Source: a virus (lineage: Duplodnaviria > Caudoviricetes). From it: a stretch of DNA of 64,000 bases. This document shows, piece by piece, positions 1-10,136 of the stretch. The notes under the pieces were generated by a model. The model did not search any database, was not told where the DNA came from, and was given only the letters and a program-made list of their open reading frames with translations. Position numbers and translations under genes: made by a program. The stretch's first letter is position 1. Each line of letters opens with the position of its first letter. The stretch covers positions 32,001 through 96,000 of IMG/VR virus record IMGVR_UViG_3300012662_000009; one strand, 5' to 3'.

Positions 1-588
1 ATCTGTTGTAGTAATATAAGCATATTTGCCGTCATTAAACTTTGCCGGTAATTGATCCGCATCTAACTTCCAGAAACGATTTGTATCATAAACGGTAGTA
101 ACATTTTTTGAAGTTGCATTTGATGTAAAAGTAGTAAAATCAGAATTTATTGTAGAGGGGAAAAATCCTATATATTGCACTTGTTCCGGATCTTTTTGTT
201 TATCCCCCTGCACAACTGGAGTTGCAGAATCTTCACTTTGAACCACAACCTTAGAGCCTTTTTTGGTACTTTGTCCAGATGTTGTAGTCTCAGCCAAATT
301 AAAAGGCTTGAGATTAAGAGCCAATATAGGTCCATTAGCAAGTGCTTGGATAGCCATTCTATGGAAGAAAATACCCTTACGCTCCAATTTTTTGCTTGTA
401 TTACCAAAAATATTTATAAAGTCTGTTGTATTATCGATGTATACAGGAGTATTAAAAGGACCCTTTTCAGAGTATCCTACCACGAGTCTTAAAGTTTCTG
501 CTTCTTGCGCAGGAACTACAGATTTATCCCAAACAAATCGATAAATACCTGAGGACTTTATTTTAGCTAAGTAATTAGGTAAACTCAT
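1..588 (-). CDS. gp18: Tail sheath protein, T4 gp18-like (partial; runs off the window start)
   Basis: Not in the ORF track. Manual translation from ATG at 588 gives MSLPNYLAKIKSSGIYRFVWDKS...LVVGYSEKGPFNTPVYIDNTTDFINIFG, the typical sheath N-terminus (SxG(V/I)Y...G..KGP...F...FG). The frame is open to position 1. Confidence 0.85.
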   Translation of the reverse strand, partial: MSLPNYLAKIKSSGIYRFVWDKSVVPAQEAETLRLVVGYSEKGPFNTPVYIDNTTDFINIFGNTSKKLERKGIFFHRMAIQALANGPILALNLKPFNLAETTTSGQSTKKGSKVVVQSEDSATPVVQGDKQKDPEQVQYIGFFPSTINSDFTTFTSNATSKNVTTVYDTNRFWKLDADQLPAKFNDGKYAYITTTD

Positions 589-671
589 TATTAATAATTT
601 TTTCTTTAATAATAAAAATTCCTTGACCTGAATTAAAAACTATTTTATTATTAGTATAAAAATCACTTAAA

Positions 672-1835
672 GTGGCTGTTTGTAATTTATTTAAGGAATT
701 AAGTAATAATACAGGAAATTTTCTGATGTTTTCACAATATTCAGAAGACCTTACAGAAAACTTCCTTAAACCAAATTCTTATCATATAACTCCATCGAAA
801 TTTATAGTACTGAATATAGATTATACAGGATATAATAATACTTCTCTCCCAAGATTTTTTCAGAATGTCTTTGAAAATGAATGTGCATACCTAAGAAGCC
901 TCGGTAATTGGTATCCATGGAAATCTCGCGAAATCTTCTGGGGATGTATGGCTCGAGGAGGATTTATGACGCCTTCTAATAGTAAATCTGAACAAATAGT
1001 TTATATAGGAGATATAAACATGCAGTCTTATGATGCTTATAACGGAATGGGTTATTCAGAAATTTATTGTTATATACCCAATAATGCACCTCGAGGGACT
1101 TATTCATTTCAAGGAACAGGTACTGCGGTGCAAATAAATTATCCTAATAAATACATCATGGGTTATGCTGCATCTGACAATGTCCCCTTAGGTGCAGAAT
1201 TGGGTGATAACGAAAAGACCTATAATGATGGAGTATTTTATAGTTTTAATAATTTTTTAGATCTAAGCAAACCAGAAAAATCTTTTGAATTTAATACAAT
1301 AGTTGTTTTATATAATATTGTCGATTCTGCAGGAGAAGTTATTTCATTAGGTAATAATACGTTACAAGATATTCCTCTCGGTATATATTTTACTGGCACT
1401 ATCACAAATGGCATAATGTCTAATAAAGTAACTAAATATGTATCCAATGACGATATTTTTGGCGCAGGTACAAGTTACGGTTTAAGGATTTGTTCAAGAT
1501 TTTCTTCTCAAGCGCGGGGTTCAGAAATAGTATCAGTAAATTCTGATGGATCTTCAGCCGGCTTAAGCGAAGCTCTATCTGAGATGTCAGAAACTATAAC
1601 AAAGATGAATGAAGTTGTGAATAATATACATTTATCACAATCTTATATAAAAGAAGCTCTTTCAATATTCAAAAATAATACTACCAATGTACCTTATATA
1701 AAGAAAGTAGGAGGTGATGATTATTGGTTTGTAAATGGCAAGCTCATAGGATCTGCAGCCGGTGTCGATGCAGCAGATGATTCTTATGTGGATCAAATCA
1801 TAGATGATTACGATGAAACTTTATTAAAAAATTAA
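672..1835 (+). CDS. Hypothetical protein, probably virion structural
   Basis: 387-aa ORF with GTG start, divergent from the sheath gene. It ends in a DDSYVDQIID motif like the fibre-gene C-termini. Confidence 0.6.
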   Translation: MAVCNLFKELSNNTGNFLMFSQYSEDLTENFLKPNSYHITPSKFIVLNIDYTGYNNTSLPRFFQNVFENECAYLRSLGNWYPWKSREIFWGCMARGGFMTPSNSKSEQIVYIGDINMQSYDAYNGMGYSEIYCYIPNNAPRGTYSFQGTGTAVQINYPNKYIMGYAASDNVPLGAELGDNEKTYNDGVFYSFNNFLDLSKPEKSFEFNTIVVLYNIVDSAGEVISLGNNTLQDIPLGIYFTGTITNGIMSNKVTKYVSNDDIFGAGTSYGLRICSRFSSQARGSEIVSVNSDGSSAGLSEALSEMSETITKMNEVVNNIHLSQSYIKEALSIFKNNTTNVPYIKKVGGDDYWFVNGKLIGSAAGVDAADDSYVDQIIDDYDETLLKN

Positions 1836-1843
1836 TTTAGTAC

Positions 1844-3298
1844 ATGGAATTTTTAGATGCAAATGGATTAAAGACTCTCTGTAATGAGATTAAAAAATAT
1901 ATAAGTAGTATAAAGGAGTCTTTAGAGCAAAATAATGTTAATTTAGAAAAGTTTAAGGCAACTGTTGGTGTTGATGCTGGAAAACCTTTAGATGACCCAC
2001 GTTTCCCTGGCGCGCCTTTTTCAAGAGGAGACGTCAACTCATGTTTACAGGAGTTTGCACAGAGTTTCGATACCCTTAATGAGTCAGCTATAAAAAAATC
2101 TAATATCTCAACCGAACTCATTAAACTCCTTAAAACAGTGGGTGGGCAATCTCTTATAAAGACTTCAGGGAGTGATTCTAATATTCCTATCGTAGATACT
2201 TCTAATTTTGTTACAAATAATTTATTTGAACAGGTTTTAGGTAATGATGACGTATTATATTATAATCCACTGGGAGCTGCTTCTGTGCAAGATATTGTAG
2301 ATAATATAGATGAACGAATATCTTCTATAGAGGAAAATCCTATGATCTTATTTGCTAATGCTAAATCCATTAGTAGAAGATCTCAATTAAGTGGTTTTGA
2401 AATTAATGATATAGTATATTGCCAGGGTGAACTTGACAAGGCCAATGCTGGTACTAATAAATCCACCATTAATAAATTCATTGTAATTAAACCTAATAAT
2501 ACATATGTACTTGCTCCCGCTCCTTATAATATATATAATGAAGATGGATCTATAGAAGTCAATGCTGATAATATATATATTACAAGACCTATAGATGGCG
2601 GTATATATGTCATTATGAAGAACCCATTCAATGGTACTGAAAAGGATTGGGTAAATATAAATGATTATCTTGTGGAACTTGTTGATTTTTATGATAACTT
2701 TGCTCCTGATTTTAATGCAATGTTTGGCCGAGAACTTGGGTCTTACTTTGAATTTGACAATAATTTAACAGATCTTCAAGCGATTTTAACAGATGTCTCA
2801 AATAATATAAACACATTCAAATCTAAATTAAATTATGTAGAAATTTTTATAGACACCTTACAGGATGGAATACCCCAGATAGATAAAGATACCCTTGAAA
2901 AAATCCATAATAATAATCCTTCTTATTTAATTATTAATGGATCCTGGTGTAAGTACTCCAATGATTCTTTTCAAGGACATTTTACTATAGCTGATTCCTA
3001 TGATGACTTCCATACAACTGTTTATTCAGGGCTCTTTGTAATTGATCCAAATAATGGATATATAGTAATTGATCAAGGAAACGCTGAAAATCTTGATGAT
3101 AAATTTCAGAGTAAATTCACCCACACATCTCAATTAGCAACTATCAATGGTTCTCCTCTGTATTATGGTGGGAGTCTGAGTGTAGTAGCAAATACAAGTG
3201 CTTTAGAGACTGCTATAAATGAACAAAAGGCCCGAATAGATGCTTTAGAGCAAAAGATAGATGCATTAACTGAAACTGTAAATAATTTAAGTAAATAA
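1844..3298 (+). CDS. Putative fibre/structural protein with C-terminal coiled coil
   Basis: 484 aa. N-terminal FLDANGL motif shared with the fibre genes; C-terminal heptads (RIDALEQKIDALTETVNNL). Confidence 0.55.
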   Translation: MEFLDANGLKTLCNEIKKYISSIKESLEQNNVNLEKFKATVGVDAGKPLDDPRFPGAPFSRGDVNSCLQEFAQSFDTLNESAIKKSNISTELIKLLKTVGGQSLIKTSGSDSNIPIVDTSNFVTNNLFEQVLGNDDVLYYNPLGAASVQDIVDNIDERISSIEENPMILFANAKSISRRSQLSGFEINDIVYCQGELDKANAGTNKSTINKFIVIKPNNTYVLAPAPYNIYNEDGSIEVNADNIYITRPIDGGIYVIMKNPFNGTEKDWVNINDYLVELVDFYDNFAPDFNAMFGRELGSYFEFDNNLTDLQAILTDVSNNINTFKSKLNYVEIFIDTLQDGIPQIDKDTLEKIHNNNPSYLIINGSWCKYSNDSFQGHFTIADSYDDFHTTVYSGLFVIDPNNGYIVIDQGNAENLDDKFQSKFTHTSQLATINGSPLYYGGSLSVVANTSALETAINEQKARIDALEQKIDALTETVNNLSK

Positions 3299-3305
3299 AT
3301 TACAT

Positions 3306-3815
3306 ATGAAGTCCATAAAAGAATTTATTAATGAAAACAATAGTACTGTTATGAGGCAATTTGTAGATACTGTAAATAATGCCCGTAGGAGTAATGAAGC
3401 ACATGAATTAATAAATGTTGCTATTCAAGATATTTTAGAAATCCTTGAGAAAATGCAGAAGAAAGCCAAAGATCTGAAGGTTATTAAAAATATTTTTAAT
3501 GTAAGGATAAATGATAAAAAAGAACTTCAGAAATATCAATATTTCATGTCAACCATTTTGACATACTTACATGATAATTTGGAAAGTACTAAAGTAAATA
3601 TAAAAGATCCATGGAATAGTTTTTTAATGTACTTAAATTTCACGGTTATAGAACATATGGAAAGTTCTGAGATGAATGAAATGATAGCTTCTGCTATAAG
3701 TGATGATATTTTGGGAGAAGATGCTGATTGGGATGATTACAAAGGTATTTTTATGCAAGCTCTTATGAATCTTAACCGTCTTTGTAAAATGGTGACAGGT
3801 AAGTATTGGAAGTAA
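3306..3815 (+). CDS. Hypothetical protein, paralogue family B, with capsid-targeting-like leader
   Basis: Starts MKSIKEFINE. C-terminus LNRLCKMVTGK matches 14277..14840. Confidence 0.75.
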   Translation: MKSIKEFINENNSTVMRQFVDTVNNARRSNEAHELINVAIQDILEILEKMQKKAKDLKVIKNIFNVRINDKKELQKYQYFMSTILTYLHDNLESTKVNIKDPWNSFLMYLNFTVIEHMESSEMNEMIASAISDDILGEDADWDDYKGIFMQALMNLNRLCKMVTGKYWK

Positions 3816-3837
3816 TTTGGTCAAAAATATATCTATA

Positions 3838-3867
3838 AAAAAAGAGATCCAAAAGGATCTCTTTTTT
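3838..3867. terminator. Bidirectional intrinsic terminator
   Basis: aaaaaagagatcc-aaaa-ggatctctttttt between convergent genes. Confidence 0.8.
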
Positions 3868-3901
3868 GTTGTATGTGAATAATTTAATTATATTATATTT
3901 A

Positions 3902-4762
3902 TTAGCGGCCACGATATCCTTTCGGTTTTAATTCAGGATTTTCATCAGTTTTTGTGCCATCTAACATAGCATATTTTAAGGACATGACTCCATTATCTCC
4001 AATATCAGATACATCCCAATTTGAAAGATCACAATCAAATTTTTTACAATCACAGAACATCCTCGATACATCTTGTGCTGAAGATATGTCCCATTTAGAA
4101 ACATCTGAATTGAACTCATAACAATTCTCAAACATACCACCGAAATTCTTGACATTGCTTACATCCCATTTAGAAACATCTGAATTGAAATATTCGCAAT
4201 GAGCAAACATATGATTCATATTTGTAACTTTAGATACTTTCCATTTAGAAACATCTGAATTGAAATATTCGCAATGAGCAAACATATGATTCATATCCGT
4301 AGCTTTAGATACATCCCACTTAGAAAGATCTGAATTGAAATATTTACAGCCAATAAACATACCACTAAAATTCTTGACATTGCTTACATCCCAATTTGAA
4401 AGATCACATGCGAAATTTTCAACTCCAGCGAAGGCCTCAGACATATTTGTAACTTTAGATACATCCCACTGAGACACATCATAATTATGCATCAAATACA
4501 TCTTCGGTAGTGTTTTGAATAATTCACCAATATCTGTTATTTTCGAAGTGTCTATTGTATTCAGATTAATAGTTTCATACTTTTGTTTCCGTTTAATAAG
4601 AGAAATCGTCTTTTTATACCATTTGTTGTTTTTTGATAATTGATCGCTGGTAGTAGCTCTTACGCAATCAACTAATTCCCTGAAATTTTTTGGCTGATAT
4701 GTTTTAAGCTCGGGTTCGGGTGTATAAAGTTTTTCTGTTATATAATTATCCAAATGTTTCAT
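3902..4762 (-). CDS. BspA-like / DUF285 (PARCEL) leucine-rich repeat protein
   Basis: About seven 25-aa repeats of the form WDVSxVTNMxxMFxxCxxFNSDxS. Leader MKHLDNYITE. Confidence 0.9.
   Translation of the reverse strand: MKHLDNYITEKLYTPEPELKTYQPKNFRELVDCVRATTSDQLSKNNKWYKKTISLIKRKQKYETINLNTIDTSKITDIGELFKTLPKMYLMHNYDVSQWDVSKVTNMSEAFAGVENFACDLSNWDVSNVKNFSGMFIGCKYFNSDLSKWDVSKATDMNHMFAHCEYFNSDVSKWKVSKVTNMNHMFAHCEYFNSDVSKWDVSNVKNFGGMFENCYEFNSDVSKWDISSAQDVSRMFCDCKKFDCDLSNWDVSDIGDNGVMSLKYAMLDGTKTDENPELKPKGYRGR
4166..4296. repeat. Exact 56-bp duplication at 75-bp period inside the LRR gene
   Basis: 4166-4221 is identical to 4241-4296 (ccatttagaaacatctgaattgaaatattcgcaatgagcaaacatatgattcatat). Confidence 0.9.
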
Positions 4763-5373
4763 AATATCACAATTTTATTATTCACTCGTCCTACGATCTT
4801 TCCATTAGCACTCTTCCAATTATTGCCAAGAACATATAAAGATTCGTTAAGTGATTTAATAGGACTATTACTTCTTAAACATTCTTTAATATGTTCTTCT
4901 CTACCATCTGTAGTAAGCTCTCTCAGAGGCTTAGGTATTTTTGATTCAGTTGTTGTATAAGCACTGGGTTCTTCATATTGACCTTCAAGTTCTTTTATAG
5001 GAACCAATACAGCTACTACATCACCATTTATATTATCTATTTTATAATCATATCCATAAAGATAAAAAAGGTCTATAGCAGAATATATTTCGATATCAGC
5101 AGCCCCTCTATAAGGATATGTATGAGACTTAAAATCAATGCCTCCCCAGTACTGACTGCATACAAAGTTATCAAATTTATCAGTCTTGACCATACTTCCA
5201 GTGATTATATATCTTCCATCAAAAAGCTTCGTCATATGAGTATCCGAAGGCATTCCAAAGATATTATTATAGAATCTCACCAAAGGGTCTTGAGTAGGAG
5301 TAACAGGAGCAGTATTAGTATACTCAAATTTGGCTACTCCAGATTTTATTAATTCAGAAAATTTATCTCTCAT
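4759..5373 (-). CDS. Hypothetical protein
   Basis: 204-aa ORF in a tightly packed minus-strand run, with an ATGA overlap to the next gene. Confidence 0.7.
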   Translation of the reverse strand: MRDKFSELIKSGVAKFEYTNTAPVTPTQDPLVRFYNNIFGMPSDTHMTKLFDGRYIITGSMVKTDKFDNFVCSQYWGGIDFKSHTYPYRGAADIEIYSAIDLFYLYGYDYKIDNINGDVVAVLVPIKELEGQYEEPSAYTTTESKIPKPLRELTTDGREEHIKECLRSNSPIKSLNESLYVLGNNWKSANGKIVGRVNNKIVIL

Positions 5374-5381
5374 ATATAAAA

Positions 5382-5621
5382 TTATTTCGAAAAAGAGACA
5401 TTAAACATACCGATGAGTTGCCCCCATTTATTATCTTTTACAAGTTTACTATTAGTTTTTAAGAAACCATCAATAGTATTTTTCATACGGTCTTCATCAA
5501 GTTTATCACCAAAGACAGTCTCAAATTTCTTTTTAGCTACTTCGCGAAAATCATCTTCATTCTTAATGGTTTCTTCTGCTTCATTGAGCTGTTCATTTAT
5601 AAAATCAATTAAGTCTATCAT
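5382..5621 (-). CDS. Small hypothetical protein with capsid-targeting-like leader
   Basis: 79 aa, starts MIDLIDFINEQLNE, packed between neighbours. Confidence 0.7.
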   Translation of the reverse strand: MIDLIDFINEQLNEAEETIKNEDDFREVAKKKFETVFGDKLDEDRMKNTIDGFLKTNSKLVKDNKWGQLIGMFNVSFSK

Positions 5622-5626
5622 ATTTC

Positions 5627-7009
5627 TTATTTATATTTCTTATAATAATTTTGTAGGTCCGACATATAATTAAGTAAATCTACATCAGTTTTCTTTTTCA
5701 TGTTCTCAGTCGGATATAAATTACTTAAAAATAGAATAATCAAATTCTTATTCTTCTTAAAGTTATTATCCAGGTATTCAAAGTCTCCTTTTAATATATC
5801 TATTAAAATCTTTTTATCTTTTTGATCAGGAATCATACTAAAAGTATCTCTCATAGCCTGATTAAAGACTGTTTTATAATTCCATTTAGTCAATTCCTCT
5901 AAAAGAATATACATGTCATCATTTATAAGGGTCTCAAAAATTTCTTCTTTAGTATAACCTAACATTTCTATCATCAGGGATTCTGTATACATATCTTGAA
6001 TATCTTGCAATATCTCCGAGGCCTTTCTGTCATTCTTGAGGAATTTTATCATCTTATTTATAATAGAATTTCTAATATTGCCCTCCGACATACCCATAGA
6101 TTTTGCTATATCCTTAGACTTCTCTCTTTTATAACCATTTAAGCCGAAATATCTATAGAATATATTAACATCTCTTTGCTTAAAATTATTTTCTAAAAGT
6201 TTATATAAGGATTGCCATGACTTCTCTTCATTTCTGGTAAGATCTTTATCTTCAATACCAAGAGCAGATAATTTATCAGAATCAATCTCGTCATCACCAG
6301 ACATCATACCATCTATTGAAACAGCATCTAAAAGACCTGCGCCATAGACTTTCGAAGCATACCAATTAGTACCCGATAATGTGTGTCCATATTCATTTAT
6401 ATCATTGAGTATCTGCTGTTTAACCCTAAATCCGGCATAAGTCTTAAAAGCAACTCTCTGACCTTCATCATCAGTTTTTCTCCAGTCATTCATGGCATCA
6501 GTAAACCCCTTGAGAGCTGCTGACATAAGTTCTTGTTTATCAAGTTTAGATTTACCTACGTAAGCATTTACTATTTTATATACCATAGGCATATACATCT
6601 TAGCAGCCGCAGATCTACCCACTTGACTATCAAGGTCTATAGTAAGGTCATCCATAGAAAGTTTACCTAATTCTATAGATTGTCTTTCTTGTTCAGTTTG
6701 ATATTGCGGGAGGAGCTTAATCTTATTTTTAAGGTCTTTAAGCATATTCCAAAGATCTTCTAATGAATCTTCGGATATATTATATTTTTTCGCGAGGTTT
6801 TTAAGCCCTCCTTTATTGGAATTTTTAATTTCTTCTATAGAAGCAATATCTAAGAGATTATATTTCTGAGTAAGATATATAACCCTCTTAACATTTTCAG
6901 GAATAACTCTATTGACCTTACTAAGATATTGATTAATCTCAGAAGATAATAAAGACCCCGAATTATAATTTTTTCTGGCTTCTAAAACGAAACTACTAAA
7001 ATTATCCAT
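5627..7009 (-). CDS. Sigma-70 family RNA polymerase sigma factor with N- and C-terminal extensions
   Basis: Region 2-like MVYKIVNAY...ELMSAALKGF...AFKTYAGFRVKQQI. Region 4 HTH IFYRYFGLNG...SKDIAKSMGMSEGNIRN. Confidence 0.8.
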   Translation of the reverse strand: MDNFSSFVLEARKNYNSGSLLSSEINQYLSKVNRVIPENVKRVIYLTQKYNLLDIASIEEIKNSNKGGLKNLAKKYNISEDSLEDLWNMLKDLKNKIKLLPQYQTEQERQSIELGKLSMDDLTIDLDSQVGRSAAAKMYMPMVYKIVNAYVGKSKLDKQELMSAALKGFTDAMNDWRKTDDEGQRVAFKTYAGFRVKQQILNDINEYGHTLSGTNWYASKVYGAGLLDAVSIDGMMSGDDEIDSDKLSALGIEDKDLTRNEEKSWQSLYKLLENNFKQRDVNIFYRYFGLNGYKREKSKDIAKSMGMSEGNIRNSIINKMIKFLKNDRKASEILQDIQDMYTESLMIEMLGYTKEEIFETLINDDMYILLEELTKWNYKTVFNQAMRDTFSMIPDQKDKKILIDILKGDFEYLDNNFKKNKNLIILFLSNLYPTENMKKKTDVDLLNYMSDLQNYYKKYK

Positions 7010-7063
7010 TCTTTTAAGTATTTTCTTTTGATTATAATAACACCAAAAATATAGAGATTAAAG

Positions 7064-7525
7064 ATGGTAATATTTAATTTTTTCAAATACTTATATATAC
7101 ATCTCAAATATTATAACATTATCAAAAAAGTATATAAAGAAGAATCCTTTATAGATAAGCTATCCCAGATGTTTAATATAAAATTTAAGAAGGATTGGAT
7201 AGGTCGTTTATACGCTGTTATAAATCCCAATATAAGCACTCCTCTCGGTGATCAAGTATTTGAATATAATGAAAAAGGATTGGATAATAAGACTTATATA
7301 GAAAAATGGGTTATGGATAGGATGAATGTATTAAATGAATTTATTCAATCTAATAATCTTTTTGATGTTCTTACATATAATATAAAGAAATTGGATGATT
7401 ATGATAATTATTTATTTATAATACAACCTATTACATTAGATGATTGTCTTAAATGGACTAAAAGATTCTTTATATTATTATTTGCGCTGGTATTAATTTT
7501 TGGAATAATTTCAATATTTATATAG
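7064..7525 (+). CDS. Hypothetical membrane protein
   Basis: 153 aa with a C-terminal hydrophobic helix (FFILLFALVLIFGIISIFI). Confidence 0.7.
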   Translation: MVIFNFFKYLYIHLKYYNIIKKVYKEESFIDKLSQMFNIKFKKDWIGRLYAVINPNISTPLGDQVFEYNEKGLDNKTYIEKWVMDRMNVLNEFIQSNNLFDVLTYNIKKLDDYDNYLFIIQPITLDDCLKWTKRFFILLFALVLIFGIISIFI

Positions 7526-7542
7526 AAAATATTTTTAATAAT

Positions 7543-8121
7543 ATGACAAGACAAGATTTAAAAGGAAAGAGTTATGATGAAATGCAAGCGATGCTCGAAG
7601 CGGAACTTGTAGCGTTTAGTGAAGAAATTTCAAATCCCGAATTGACTGAAGAAGATTTGCTTGCTAAGGAACAGGAAGTTATTAAGGAACTGAATGATTA
7701 TGACAATTATCTTAATAACGTAACTTATGAACTTCCAAAGGAACATGTTTTTGGTGATAAAAATGACCAGGAGAAATATACTCGTAATGATATTGCTAAA
7801 AAGATTATTTACTTCTTCTCAAAGATGGAAGTGGAATTCCAGTATACACTTGGAATGTATCAACTTGTAAATCTCTGGAAGGGTAATATAGAAAAGATCA
7901 ATTACAAGGCTTATGATAGTACTTTGCGATGCTTGGGTGGTCTGAAATTTAAAGGTTATAATGAATGGAAGGATATCCTGGCAGTGCATGATTATCTCTC
8001 TGAATGTCACGATGCTTATAAAATGGACCTTGCATGGTATATTTATTTAAGTACTAAGCACAATGCTATTCTAGATATCATGAAGAAACCTGAACCTGCT
8101 CCTGAAATGCCTGAAGCTTAA
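7543..8121 (+). CDS. Hypothetical protein (acidic, helical)
   Basis: 192-aa ORF followed by a terminator. Confidence 0.75.
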   Translation: MTRQDLKGKSYDEMQAMLEAELVAFSEEISNPELTEEDLLAKEQEVIKELNDYDNYLNNVTYELPKEHVFGDKNDQEKYTRNDIAKKIIYFFSKMEVEFQYTLGMYQLVNLWKGNIEKINYKAYDSTLRCLGGLKFKGYNEWKDILAVHDYLSECHDAYKMDLAWYIYLSTKHNAILDIMKKPEPAPEMPEA

Positions 8122-8139
8122 AAGTAAAGCTTGTAAGAT

Positions 8140-8172
8140 AAAAAAAGAGAGATCAAAGACCTCTCTTTTTTT
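8140..8172. terminator. Bidirectional intrinsic terminator
   Basis: aaaaaaagagag...ctctcttttttt between convergent genes. Confidence 0.75.
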
Positions 8173-8193
8173 GTTTATATAAGAACTTTTTTA

Positions 8194-10047
8194 TTAACCC
8201 AACAAATCTATATCACCGAATTTAGCTGCTTTGAAAACTTCACCATATTTTTTACCGAGGATTCTTAAACCTTCCATATAATTATGTTTTAAGGTATCTT
8301 CAATAGAAATATTCCATTGACTTAAGAACTTAGCATATAACTGTGTCTGTGTTTTGATAAAATCATCATAATCATCAGGACTTAAGGGAGATTTTTTGGC
8401 ATTACCTTCCTTAGCAACTCGTATCTTCTCACCCAGAGCCATAACAGTATCACGGTCATTATTCGATGTAAATACTCCCGCAAAGACTTCCTTAAATACA
8501 TCTAAGAAATATGCGCAAAGCGAAGAATTGTTCTGAGTGGTAATCCATGTACATGCGTTAGCAAATTCTTCAGTAGTAGGCAATGTATCACCATGAGCAG
8601 AACATAATAATTGTGAGAAAGGTATCTTGACTAAATCAAGATTCTTTTTATCAATCTTAAAAGACCCCTTTGTCCATATACCAGCAACAGCTGCATCAAA
8701 ATCGCCTATATTTCTAATAACCTCGAGAAATGCTATAAAAGAATCTACTGCAGAAGCAGGTACATAACTATTTAAGGTCATAGCTAAGATATCTGTGGGT
8801 ATATCAAATATTGTAAACCCCTCGAGATTACCGGTTTCTGAATACTCAGCAAGATCTCTCATGGCATTAGTCCAGGAGCGTGGCGTGCACATTAAACGGG
8901 TCGGAGCAACACTTTCCATGTCTTCATTAGGATCCATATAAAAGAACTTACCACCAGACATATTTTCTGATTCAGGCATTTCAAGCCATTTAGTAAGCAG
9001 CGGGGATATAAAGTTTTGTTTCTGGGCCCATGATGTCCAAGTTTTTACGCAAGGTTCATAATAAATATGTTTAAAGCGGTTTCCGAGAGCTGCGCCGATG
9101 TCAGACTGACCAGACATTTCGTCTTCCATACGGTTAGAAGCACATATAATAGTCCAACCAGAACCTAATTTATATCCATTGAAAATACCTTCATTTACAA
9201 GGGGAAGGACCACATTGAGTACCTGAGGAGTAGCACGAGATAACTCATCGACAAATAATAGACCTTTACCACAAGCCTTATCTAATTCAAGATCTTTGGA
9301 TGCATCACCAGTGGGTTTATATACAGGAAGCCATGTCTTAGGTACATCCATAGCTTTTTCTTGGCCATCTACTTCTACGTACTTAGGAAGTGTGAAGTTA
9401 TCAGGTGTTTCATTGGAGAGAGTCTTAACAACTAAGTTATAATCCTTAAAATCTTCATATTCATCAAGGACACTCATGAGAATAGCTGTTTTACCTATGC
9501 CAGGAGCTCCCCAGATCATAAGACGAGCTAATTTCTTATTGGTAAGAGCTAATTTAATATGCTTTTTAAGACCTTCATTATCAACTATAATATTATACTT
9601 AGCCTCAGGATCTTCTGTGTGCATCTTAACTTCGTTAATGGGTGTCTCAAAATTTTCTTCACATTCCTTAATCATTCTTTGCCAGTACTTAATAGAATTG
9701 CCAGACCCATAAAGTTTCTTAGCAGATTCAGGATTAGTACCCAGACCTACTATTTTCGAGCCTTCTTTATTCAGACATACAAGAGTACTTTCTTTGTTTA
9801 TAGCACCATCTTTATATGCTTGACCGGCAGTCAGGGGGGATATGGCATTCATAGGATCTCCTGCTTCATCTGTAGGAATGAAATATGACCCAAATTTGAC
9901 CACAATTCCTTTAAGATATGTGAAAACCTTCTTAAATTTTGCTTGGACATTTTTAAAGATATCTTTAAGCCCTTCGTTAATGTTCTCGGATTTAAGCATT
10001 TGAGAAATTGAAAGAGATTCATTAAAACATTCGGTAATATTTTTCAC
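8194..10047 (-). CDS. MoxR-like AAA+ ATPase
   Basis: Walker A GAPGIGKT, Walker B LLFVDELSRA, ICASN sensor, ALGNRF arginine finger, TPRSW. N-terminal extension of about 140 aa. Confidence 0.88.
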   Translation of the reverse strand: MKNITECFNESLSISQMLKSENINEGLKDIFKNVQAKFKKVFTYLKGIVVKFGSYFIPTDEAGDPMNAISPLTAGQAYKDGAINKESTLVCLNKEGSKIVGLGTNPESAKKLYGSGNSIKYWQRMIKECEENFETPINEVKMHTEDPEAKYNIIVDNEGLKKHIKLALTNKKLARLMIWGAPGIGKTAILMSVLDEYEDFKDYNLVVKTLSNETPDNFTLPKYVEVDGQEKAMDVPKTWLPVYKPTGDASKDLELDKACGKGLLFVDELSRATPQVLNVVLPLVNEGIFNGYKLGSGWTIICASNRMEDEMSGQSDIGAALGNRFKHIYYEPCVKTWTSWAQKQNFISPLLTKWLEMPESENMSGGKFFYMDPNEDMESVAPTRLMCTPRSWTNAMRDLAEYSETGNLEGFTIFDIPTDILAMTLNSYVPASAVDSFIAFLEVIRNIGDFDAAVAGIWTKGSFKIDKKNLDLVKIPFSQLLCSAHGDTLPTTEEFANACTWITTQNNSSLCAYFLDVFKEVFAGVFTSNNDRDTVMALGEKIRVAKEGNAKKSPLSPDDYDDFIKTQTQLYAKFLSQWNISIEDTLKHNYMEGLRILGKKYGEVFKAAKFGDIDLLG

Positions 10048-10136
10048 GTTATATAAATTTTTTTCTTTAATAATAATGCATTATAAGTATAATTCAAAAA
10101 GATATAGGTTATTTTAAGGATAAATATATAAAAAGA

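Noticed and set aside
168-544. Three short ORFs listed at the window start
   Set aside because: They overlap the tail sheath gene on the minus strand, which the track missed because it is truncated.
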